Shown: one piece after another, positions 54,498-64,000 of the stretch
Numbering within the stretch: position 1 is the first letter of the stretch
Layout: the number at the start of each line of letters is the position of its first letter
Assembly (NCBI GenBank): GCA_937625935.1
Contig: OW569372.1
Location: 372,001 to 436,000 of the forward strand
From: Tetramitus jugosus
Lineage: Eukaryota; Protista; Heterolobosea
Length of the DNA stretch: 64,000 nucleotides
Reading direction: 5' to 3'
Translations under genes and position numbers: made by a program
The notes under the pieces: model-generated
Databases searched by the model: none
Told to the model about the DNA's origin: nothing
Seen by the model: the letters and a program-made list of their open reading frames with translations, nothing else

Positions 54498-55283
54498 CTA
54501 CTTATCCAATGAATCAAACAGCGCGTTCAATGTATTGTAAACGTGTTGACCCTTTGTTGTGGGAACACTCGCATTACTGTCGCTGTCACTATCAATAAAG
54601 GAGCATGTAGGTGTGACGCGAGACACATTGGACAAGAAACGATTGAGCTCCGTTGTAACACCAGGGTCCGTTCCCACAAACAAGTTCGGTTCCAACTGTC
54701 TAGCAATCGCAATTTGTCCTCGAGCTGTCTCACAGAACAAAATCTTGTGCTCATTCAATCCATAATCACACAACGACAAACCATCCTGTGATGACGACGA
54801 AGAAGAAGACTTCATACACTCTACAATCATTCTCTCCTGTTCATCGCTTTGAACTTGAGTCACAATATACAACTCACATTCCTGTGCCAATTTTTGCAGA
54901 GTGGCCAATTGAGTCCTCAATACGACTATTCTCTCATTCAGTGCATCTACACTAGAATTGACATCATCACCATTATCACTCACAATAACAACATTGTCTT
55001 CGGAACTAACTCTAGACAAGAAGCAATCTGCTGTTACAATCACACGCCATCCAGAGTAGACATGAGCCTTGTTTTTTCCTCTCTTGTTGCGCTGTAGTTG
55101 TTGATCGGCAGTGTTTGTTCGTTGTTCGTCATTTTCATTTTCGTTATCATTGCGATCATTCAATCCTTGTTGTTGTCGCTGTTGTCGTTGTTGTTGTCTA
55201 TTTTTTGATCCGCCACCGGTGAGGACAACGAGGAGTAGGGGCAGAAAACCCATGAGTACAACAATGATCCATCCCCAAGACAT
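54498..55283 (-). CDS. PEX22: Peroxin PEX22-like (plant-type) membrane anchor
   Basis: N-terminal TM segment. CELYIVTQVQSDEQE...HKILFCETARG...RQLEP..GTD resembles plant PEX22 (DLYLME...KVLFCSTEIG...RQLEPDWHID). Confidence 0.75.
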   Translation of the reverse strand: MSWGWIIVVLMGFLPLLLVVLTGGGSKNRQQQRQQRQQQGLNDRNDNENENDEQRTNTADQQLQRNKRGKNKAHVYSGWRVIVTADCFLSRVSSEDNVVIVSDNGDDVNSSVDALNERIVVLRTQLATLQKLAQECELYIVTQVQSDEQERMIVECMKSSSSSSSQDGLSLCDYGLNEHKILFCETARGQIAIARQLEPNLFVGTDPGVTTELNRFLSNVSRVTPTCSFIDSDSDSNASVPTTKGQHVYNTLNALFDSLDK

Positions 55284-55568
55284 TTTGAGCGAGAAATTAC
55301 GTTTCAGTAGTGAAGAATAAAATGATGGTTGTTTGATGGTGGTGGGATACGAGCCTTTTGGCATGAAGGAATGTTTTTAGGATCGATCGGAGAATGATGG
55401 AGTTTGTTTGATGGCTCCAGTTCACAGTTGAATTGCGCAACGCAAGTTTGTTGAACCACATGTGAAATTACACCGCAAACAACGCATTGCAATAATCACA
55501 CACAAAACCAAACAACAACAATTCCATTTTTTTTATTCAATCGAACACTATCATATATATAAGATAAC

Positions 55569-57863
55569 ATGGGTAGAACAAGGAAAAGAGCAGGAGCAGT
55601 CGGTCAAGCTCTCATGAACGCCAAAAACAAGCGCCACCAGAAAAATTATTCCGAGGTATGTTTTTTCCCTCCAAAAAATTCTCCGTTGTAATGCATAAGC
55701 TAACAGCCAGTTTAGAGACACACAACGGATCCATATGACTTGTCCAGTGGTCTACGCATGGACTCTATCATTGAACAAAATGATCTTACAGAGTTCTTGT
55801 CGTATGCTACACTTGCCAATCGTGAATTTGCTGCTTCACATGATGAAAGCCTCACACTTGTCGTCAATGATCAACCTCAAATTTTTTCAGTGAATCCACT
55901 CTCTCAGACACTTGAAGGTGAAACAGAGGAGGACGCCAAACGGAGAAGAGAAAAAATTGAGACAATGAATCTTGAAATTCCAAGACGTCCCAAATGGACG
56001 ATCGACATGAGTGCAGAGGAGCTTCACGACATGGAAAGAGAAACATTTTTGCATTGGCGGAGAAATTTGGCTTCCTTTGAACAGGACACGGATGCCACAC
56101 TGACGCCATATGAAAAGAATTTGCACATGTGGAGGCAATTGTGGAGAGTCATTGAGAGAAGTGATGTGATTGTTCAGATTGTCGATTGCAGAAATCCACT
56201 CATGTTCCGATCCAAGGATCTCGAAAAGTATGTGCATGAGATTGATCAGGACAAGATGAATATTTTGTTGGTGAATAAATCGGATTTGTTGACCACGAAA
56301 CAGAGATTCAAGTGGGCCAAGTACTTGAGAAATCAAGGTCTCAAGGTCATCTTCTTCTCTGCCTTCTTGGAACAGGACAAGATCAACAACACGACTCACT
56401 CCAAGGAAGAATTGCTAAAGATGCAACAGGATATGTTGGACAAGTTTGATATCAATGGATATGTCGATCCTGGAGAGGAAGACTGGACACACATTTATAC
56501 CAGAGAGGAATTGTTGTGCTACTTTAAGAGTTTGATGAAGAATTTGGTGCCAAAGCTGAGAGAGAAGCAACGCAAGAGAGCAGCACTCATTAAATTTGCA
56601 AAGGCCAAACAATTGCAAGAACAGGAGGAGAAGAAGAAGAACAAGAAGAAGCGCAGACCAAGAAGAGATGGAGAAGGCAATGAGGATGAAGAGTCCACTC
56701 AAAAACCAGCTCCAGCAAAGAAATCTCAACAGAAGACTGTCGAAGTCGAGGAGGACTCAGATGATGATTTGGACCTGGTTAACGATCCAAACAACAAGGT
56801 TGTAGTTGGTATGGTGGGTTATCCAAACGTCGGTAAAAGTTCAGTGATTAACACACTGTGTGGTCTCAAGAAGGTTGCTGTGGGATCTACTCCAGGTAAG
56901 ACGAAACATTTCCAAACTCTACCTATTGGTAGACATGTGATGCTTTGTGATTGCCCTGGATTGGTGTTCCCATCAATGAGAACAACAAAGGAGGACATGG
57001 TGTGCGATGGTATCTTGCCTATTGATCAAATGAAGGATTATCGTCCCCCAATTGCTCTCGTCTGTCAGAGAATACCAAGAAGAGTGTTCGAACTGCTCTA
57101 TGGTATTGATTTTGACAGTTACAAGAATAAGAATATTACCGAAATTCAGAAGACCCTGAGATTGAAGCATTCTCAATATCAAAACAAACCACTAACAGTG
57201 GATGAATTGTTGACTGCGTTCGCTATGAGCAGAGGTCTCATGGCACAAAAGGGTGTTCCAAACTATCCTGGTACTTCAAGAGTTATTTTGAAGGATTATG
57301 TTGCTGGAAAGCTGCTGTATTGCCATCCTCCACCAAGTGATAAGATTGGTTTCAACGAAGGAAACGCATTTGATGAAGATGAGCTAATTGAAGATGAGGA
57401 AGAAGAAGAGTATGAAGAAGAAGAAGGCGATGAATTCTCTGATGATGAAGAATACTTTACAGAGAGTGAAGACGAAGAAGATGACATTGATGAACTGCTT
57501 GACAGCGATGGAGAGATTGCAGAAGATATGGAAACTATTATGAGAAACAAAGTGATTCACCAGTTCAACAAAGAGAACGTGCATTCTTCGCTATTGGATG
57601 AACGTGAACAAAAGTTGAGAGACAAGAGAAAGAAGATTCTGAAGAAGAAGAAGCAAAGACAAGTAGCATCAGGTGTCGACCAACCAATACAGGACGAAGA
57701 CGAAGATGAAGAATTAACTGAGGAGCAAATCGAGTTCTTGAACCATAGCACGCAAGACTTGGAGATTGAACCAGTGATGAGTGCTCCTCCGAAGCTGAAG
57801 ATGGAAGATCTCACACCAAAGCAACAAAAGAGAAAGTTGTTGATTTTGAAGAACAAGAAATAA
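55569..57863 (+). CDS. LSG1: Large subunit GTPase 1 (60S export); intron 55656..55715
   Basis: IPRRPKW, TPYEKNL..WRQLWRVIERSD, NKSD, GMVGYPNVGKSS, STPGKTKHFQT and LCDCPGLVFP motifs. Confidence 0.96.
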
Positions 57864-57918
57864 ACATGAAATTTCCTTCACTTGCATGACAGCTGTCAGC
57901 GACTCAATATTTTATTGG

Positions 57919-59178
57919 TTAACTTGTTTCTTGTGTGTTGCTGTCTGGATGAGCTGCTACATGGAAATTGATTCTACTTTCTGTGCCCTTCCTCTTTGCC
58001 GAAGATCGTAACCACATAATTAAGTTGTATCGTTCTCCTTTTGTAAGCACAGTTGCACCGTGCATATGTGATCCATCGTGCATAATTGCCCTACCAATCA
58101 CATGATCATACTCTGCATACTGAGTTCCCATACTTCTCGGATTGTCGGTCTTTCCCTGGAAGAATACGGCACCTCCTTCAAATCCCTCCCGTCCAAGACA
58201 CACATTCAGTGTGAGCTCAGAGTCATCTACATGCAGATTCAACTTTACATCACCAACTCCCCTTGCCTTGTACTCCACAATAAACGAGTGATGATCATCC
58301 AGAATCCATGCACCACGATTCAAGATTCGTGCTACATGACTGAAATAATCACAGACAAAACTGTCAAAGAATCGATTCAAACCCATCTCATCGCACACCA
58401 CCCCAAAATTGTTCATTGAATTTGGTCTCAGGAAAATCTCATCTACAGTGCGCGAAAAATGCTGCACTTCTTCCAACAAGTGAACACAAAATTCACTCGT
58501 GAACAAATCAAAGGAATACACATCGGGACTCACCTCAAGAGTCAACCATTGCGAAAGTATGTCTCTCCTTGTAGAGTTAAACAATTTTTGAACTTGTAAA
58601 AATCGATCTCTGACCTGTAATTGTTCCTCTGTGAACTCCAAATCGTATTCCTCTTCTTCTTCTTCCTGTTCCTCATCTTCATTCTTCTCTTCTTTATTAT
58701 CCTTATTATCTTTCTCTTGTAGCTCTTGTTGACTCAGCTTTTGCTTCTCAGCTTCTTCCTTTGCAAGCAAGAATTGCTTCTCTGCTTCTTCTTCCATGAG
58801 AAAAACAGTTTTACTCAGTTGTTGATACTCGATCAGAACTGGAGCTAACTGTTGGCATTGTTGAACAACTTGGAGAAATGTTGGATGGAGATGTTTCTCT
58901 GGATCCAATGTGTAAATGTCAGGGTGCAGTGGTTGATAGTCCTTGTGTTGATATTCCAACGTCTCTCTGTACTGTGGCACAGCAAAGAGCTTTTGCTCTG
59001 TTGTTTGCTCTTGTTCTTTGTCTGCTTGTTGCTCACCGTGTTCATGGTGGTGGCTGTGATCGTGGTTGCAGCAGCTACTGTGGTCCTTGTGATCATGGTG
59101 GTGATCGCTACAAGAAGCATTTTTTTGTTCATGCGAATGGTGGTTGCATGTTTGGTGGCAGTGATGATGGTCCGACAT
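57919..59178 (-). CDS. 2-oxoglutarate/Fe(II) dioxygenase (OGFOD2 / lysyl-hydroxylase-C-terminus-like)
   Basis: RPNSMNNFG, HHSFIVEY, LHVDDSELTLNVCLG (HxD), HMHGA and GERYNL motifs. Confidence 0.88.
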   Translation of the reverse strand: MSDHHHCHQTCNHHSHEQKNASCSDHHHDHKDHSSCCNHDHSHHHEHGEQQADKEQEQTTEQKLFAVPQYRETLEYQHKDYQPLHPDIYTLDPEKHLHPTFLQVVQQCQQLAPVLIEYQQLSKTVFLMEEEAEKQFLLAKEEAEKQKLSQQELQEKDNKDNKEEKNEDEEQEEEEEEYDLEFTEEQLQVRDRFLQVQKLFNSTRRDILSQWLTLEVSPDVYSFDLFTSEFCVHLLEEVQHFSRTVDEIFLRPNSMNNFGVVCDEMGLNRFFDSFVCDYFSHVARILNRGAWILDDHHSFIVEYKARGVGDVKLNLHVDDSELTLNVCLGREGFEGGAVFFQGKTDNPRSMGTQYAEYDHVIGRAIMHDGSHMHGATVLTKGERYNLIMWLRSSAKRKGTESRINFHVAAHPDSNTQETS

Positions 59179-59308
59179 TCTTTGGTTTGGTTGATAATAT
59201 TTTGAAGTTGAACATGAACGAAGAAGTTAATGAGAGAAAATTGGTTCAAATCGGGGCTTGAATTTTTTTGGTCTTCATAAGGTCTTGATTTAGTGAGCAT
59301 GAGTTGAG

Positions 59309-61063
59309 TTACTCGTCAATTTGTTTCTTGTAAACACCCTTGTATTTACCCAGTGCAATGCCAAAGAACATGAAAGCACATACAGCAATCACACATAAGA
59401 GCACAACAAAGGGAATACTCACGAGGAAGGTGATGAGCACGGATTTGCTTACAATGCCGAGAATCGAACCTCCATGATACAAGTTCGCACCTGTTGATAA
59501 TCCTAGAGCCCAATACAGCCCAGATTGCTCAAACTTTGTAAAGTATGTGTCTGAAAACTGAGGAAGACTGCACTTGGTGGTTAATGATGCGTTCGTGGAG
59601 TTACTTAGTGCCTGAGCGAGTTTTTCGAGACCACAAGAGTCTCCAATAATGATTGTGTTTCCACAATTATCACACGTGATCAGGTGCTTGTCATTGGCCG
59701 TAAATTGTGAGTAGAACAATTGTGATTGTCCTATCGTTGTCCTTGTGTTCATGTCCGAGTGAAACATGATGAAACTGCCGTTGTACTCTGTAGGATAATA
59801 GATGCTTGAGTTGTCATGGTAAGTGTAAGTTTGCATGAGGGTCGTAGAACAGGCAACGATGGAATCTCGATTCTGATCAAATAAATCATGTCGTGTTTCT
59901 TGTTGCCCATCAGACTCTGAGGCGCATGTACGATGTGAGTTCAGTTCAGTGTAGTTTGTAAACTCGGATGCTGACACAATGATGAATAAGTCTCTACTGA
60001 ACGAGCTACCTTCTCCATAAAAAGAATCCCGAGTCACAGTATCTCTGTAGAATGAAGTATAAAGGTTCTGCAGGAACCCCCGATCATCATCCTTGCATCT
60101 AACAAGGCGATACAGGAAAGGCAGAATGAGCGGTCGTAGTTTTAGGTCTGAAAGTGCCTTCGATACATATTCTTTCACTTCATTGAGACTAAAGTAAGAT
60201 GGCATGCACTTACGAAACAACAGTGAATTAATCACTCTCTTTGACAAGTTTTCGACACTAGCGAACGCATCAGACACAGTTTTGCTGCACGCGACATCAT
60301 CTTCACATTGTTTTAGTAATAAATTGCCAACAGATTGCACATAAGTATCCATTTGATAAGGTCTGTACTGCGTAGGGTTCATGACAGAGTCCACGACTAC
60401 GAGAGATGTCACACTAGGACTCATTATCAACATGCGATTGATCACATAAGATCCATACCCGACTCCCACAAGTGACACTGTATCATTACCACTCTGCTTA
60501 AACTGTTGAATCGCATACAATACGTCCGAGGCGACCTGATTCGTCGAATATTCTTCAAAATTAATCTTTTGTTTCGTGTACTGTTCCATGCATCGATCAA
60601 ACACTTGCCGATTCGTTGTTCGAAGAGTTGCTCCAGAACCCTTGCATTTCAGTTTACCTGACCCACCTGTGCCTCTATAGTCCATTACATAAATATCATA
60701 CTTCTTATTCAACAACAAGAACAATTGATAAACATATTGAGAAGAGAATGTCTCTTCAGATGATTGTCCTGGTCCATCAGACAACAACCACAACTGGCGA
60801 CGATTCTTGCGACGAGAGGACCGACTCTGCAGTCTTGTTATATGCAGTTTTAGACTTGCTCCTTGTTGGGCACTTGACATGTGCAGCTTGGGAACAACCA
60901 GGTCAATGCATGAAGCATACTCGGAGTAAGACTTGGAACAACTGTACCATGGGAGCGATTCCGATAATGTGACGCCTGTGATACAAAACAGAAGGACAAG
61001 CAGGAAGAAAATCGCGACATGAACTTGAGTTCCTCTCATTTTTTTCTTTTTGTGACTTTTCAT
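59309..61063 (-). CDS. Alpha/beta-hydrolase (S33/TAP-like) type I membrane protein, predicted catalytically inactive
   Basis: Signal peptide, W..C...CIDLVVP, LWLLSDGPG, MDYRGTGGSGKL.C, LVGVGYGSY, VVVDSV and a C-terminal TM segment. Confidence 0.82.
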   Translation of the reverse strand: MKSHKKKKMRGTQVHVAIFFLLVLLFCITGVTLSESLPWYSCSKSYSEYASCIDLVVPKLHMSSAQQGASLKLHITRLQSRSSRRKNRRQLWLLSDGPGQSSEETFSSQYVYQLFLLLNKKYDIYVMDYRGTGGSGKLKCKGSGATLRTTNRQVFDRCMEQYTKQKINFEEYSTNQVASDVLYAIQQFKQSGNDTVSLVGVGYGSYVINRMLIMSPSVTSLVVVDSVMNPTQYRPYQMDTYVQSVGNLLLKQCEDDVACSKTVSDAFASVENLSKRVINSLLFRKCMPSYFSLNEVKEYVSKALSDLKLRPLILPFLYRLVRCKDDDRGFLQNLYTSFYRDTVTRDSFYGEGSSFSRDLFIIVSASEFTNYTELNSHRTCASESDGQQETRHDLFDQNRDSIVACSTTLMQTYTYHDNSSIYYPTEYNGSFIMFHSDMNTRTTIGQSQLFYSQFTANDKHLITCDNCGNTIIIGDSCGLEKLAQALSNSTNASLTTKCSLPQFSDTYFTKFEQSGLYWALGLSTGANLYHGGSILGIVSKSVLITFLVSIPFVVLLCVIAVCAFMFFGIALGKYKGVYKKQIDE

Positions 61064-61169
61064 GTCAACTGTTCGGGAAAATAAAAGCGGAGTGCAAGGC
61101 AGATAACGGCTGGGTGAAAATTACGAATCATTTCTCTTGGTGATACGACTTACAAAAATAATTTGAATA

Positions 61170-63803
61170 ATGAATGAACCTAGAGAAGATATGGGCCTTG
61201 AAGAATTTGAACTTTCTGATGAATCTTCGGGCAGCACGAAAGAGTTCCTGACAGTGAGAGAATTGGAAGAACAGAGTATTATAAATGGAGAGTTCGACAA
61301 CAAGGAAATATTGTTGAAACGAAGTGACCAAAATGAGTTCCACATCTATCACCTACGTGAGCTAGAGAAGAACCGGAAGTATGTAACTCCGTCTGGTAAT
61401 ACAATTCAACGGATAGGAGAAGGAAAGATGTGGGTAAATTCACACACAAAGGTGGCGTTTGTTTCCAACACTCTAGAGGTAAGATTTATGTTTTTCTGTT
61501 CTATGTTTAACCTAAAACCTTCATTGACATTCTCTCTGTTGATATCTAGATAGAAGCTCTTCCTCTTTCTCTGAAAAAACAAAAAAACTCTCCAATATTA
61601 CGATTGGACCCTGACACCCAGATCGATCTCACTCAAAGTTAGTAATGAATTTTCTTATTCTTATTCCGCTTCGATTTTATTCTGACCATCTTGTTTTCTA
61701 GATGAAACTGAATTCAAATCCTGGAATGAAAACATGTCAATCTTTACTCAATCTAAATTATTAAGTAACAGTCAAGAAGAAGATGACGGAGAGTGGTTAT
61801 TCTCTCCAAACATTCGTCGTAGCAAGAAAGCAAAGAGTTTTGATTTTCAAACAATTATGAATTTTGATATGGAGCAGGGAATGGATGGTCCACTACATGT
61901 ACTGTCTCCCCCTCCTGAGGAAAACCTGAAACCCATCATGTTTGGTGTTTTGGATCCATCTCAACTTCAATTTATCAGTCCTATCAGAAACCCTCAGAGC
62001 CAGGGAATGATTCGACCACTCACGACCCCTCAACAACAAGTTTTTCTCTCCGACCACACAAGCAATGATACATCAACATGGGCACCAACCTCTCCTAGAG
62101 CAGCAAAATCCCCTAATTCTGTTTCTTCTCCACTAAAAGGATTGGATTATATGCCTAAAGTTTTTAATCCTTCTATTGGAAGTAGTCCAACTAAGAAAGT
62201 GACAAGAGATTCCAAGCCATTGGCTAATCCTACGAGAAAACCAGTCACCCAACGTTCCTCGAATGTCGCTGCTTCGACCAGGAAAGTCGATCTCCAGCCC
62301 ATTAATCAAAGAGGGACAAAATCAACGAATATTCCAACTTTAAGAACTCCTCAGCTGTCTGGCCATACAACTTTGAGTTTCTCCAACAGAACGCCTGCCA
62401 GAATTGCTGAATCTCAAAAGAAACCACCCGCGGTTTCTGTATCCTATGCCCAACCTACAATCTCGGCTTCTATCAAAGCTCATCCTAAAGGCACGAATTC
62501 CCTTGATCGAAGCAACTGGAAGTTAATACAATGGAGAAAGGATCAAATGAAAGATCCTCCAAAAGAGTTAGTCCGAAAGCCAGAAGAAAGAAGAAAACCT
62601 CAGAGTGAAGCTCCCAGAAAACATTTTAAGACGAAACCTCTCTACACTCCTAGAGGAAAATGTATCACTGATGACCTCTCGATATCCTTGAAGACAACCC
62701 AAGCTCCTTCTTTGTCCACAACACCACTGGTCCCAAGATCGCCAACATCACCGAGATCACCTCAGAGCAGAGACTGTGAGGACTCAAAATATGAAGTGGA
62801 AAGTATTGTTACAGCTCATAGTATCCTTGAAGATCTAATAGAGAAAGCTGTAGTATCTTCTAAAAGGTCGGAGATAGATCAAGAAGAAGTGATTCTTTAT
62901 GGTGTAATGGAAAATATTCCTCAGGAACTATGCAGAAATATTAGATTGAATTGCTTGTTTAGGTGTCAGGTAGATGTTGAATTATATGACCAAGAACACT
63001 CTTCTGAGCCAGTGTTCGTAGAGCGCTCCGTAACAGCTTTTATGGAACTTGTAGACTCGATCCGAACTAGAAGTAGAGATAGCAATATAAGTGCTGAAAA
63101 TATTGTGTGCGACGAAGACCAAACAGCAGTGAACAATGCTTACTACTATCTCTCAATTGGAAATTCGGTGCCTCTGCCCGATTGTTTGTTTGAAAAGGTT
63201 GTTCCTCTGAGACCTAGACAGTCATTCTGTAAAGTTAAACCTTTATTGAAATCAAAGTTCTGGTACATCATCAAACCAGAAATGGATGATTACGAACTGG
63301 TTTCCAAGGTAATTTTCACAACAGGACACATAGACAATATTCCCCAGATACGTGAATTTATAATGAACAGAAGTAATCGGCCCAATAGTGGTCAGACTCT
63401 GAACGATCTATTTGATAGATTGCTAAAGATAACAGATAGTAATATTATCACTTCTCCAATGAAAGAGCTCAAGAAGCAAGTAAAGGATACTCCAAAGATG
63501 AAGAACCGAGCTGGTATGGATGCTGTTACCCTTCCCTTCACTCCAACGAGTCCTAACGATATAGTAGTTGACGTGGACAAACTCAACACACCTCCTGACG
63601 AAAGAAACAAAAAACCAATGATGGTCCATCCCCCCACAAGTGAACTCACTCCTATGAAAGAAAACCAGAACATCTCTTCCTGCACACCACCGACTTCTCC
63701 AACTCTCTCGCCACAAGTCGATACGGCACAAGCCAAGAAAGTCCAAAGTAACAACAAAATCTCTCGTTATCTCAGAAGAATTCGTAAGAAATTTGGTCTC
63801 TGA
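61170..63803 (+). CDS. Hypothetical Ser/Pro/Thr-rich protein; exons 61170..61478, 61550..61637, 61702..63803
   Basis: Two GT-AG introns link ORF 61170..61553 to ORF 61734..63803 in frame. Many SP/TP sites; no domain recognised. Confidence 0.7.
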
Positions 63804-64000
63804 ATACAATGAAGTCCTCTCTTCTGGTATTGCTCCGATCTTCATTTGCCCGTTGTGTGCACAAAAAATGGGACCAATCATCAAAAAGCATGAATAGTCA
63901 CAGTGGACCAGTGAGTCTCAAGAGACAACTTTCTGGTGATGATTCATCACCCTCCAATAACAAGAAACTAAAAACAAGTGTTTTTCGCTTTCATGATTTG

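Noticed and set aside
1-64000. CRISPR arrays, prophage, transposons, tRNA and rRNA genes
   Set aside because: I saw no regularly spaced repeats, transposase/RT/integrase motifs, terminal inverted repeats, tRNA T-arm signatures or rRNA sequence by eye.

Overview
Gene-dense eukaryotic nuclear DNA (roughly 40% GC) from a protist that probably has a flagellate stage. Short GT-AG introns of about 60-135 nt, CAA-encoded poly-Q/N tracts and A-rich start contexts fit a heterolobosean or Naegleria-like organism, but that assignment is an inference. I find about 33 protein-coding genes. Recognisable ones include two tandem formate/nitrite transporters, an N4BP2-like kinase, calpain, an erythromycin-esterase-family protein, SCYL3, COQ4, GNPTAB, RXT3-like, a TALE homeobox, MDH, NOP16, an atypical Ras, an alpha-oxoamine synthase, APC7, WDR34, a DEP-PH protein, a CAP-domain protein, TRIM37, a Dicer-like RNase III, ERD2, PEX22, LSG1, OGFOD2-like and a catalytically dead S33 hydrolase. 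There is also a U2 snRNA gene and several decayed gene relics. I saw no rRNA, tRNA, CRISPR array or recognisable transposon. The most notable items are: a minimal Dicer-like protein whose second RNase III domain has lost all four catalytic acidic residues; a type I membrane pseudo-hydrolase; an F-box fused to a degenerate small GTPase; a bacterial-type erythromycin-esterase homologue with eroded motifs; and a GNPTAB that keeps an S1P-type cleavage site. All homology calls come from motif recognition by eye, not from database searches.
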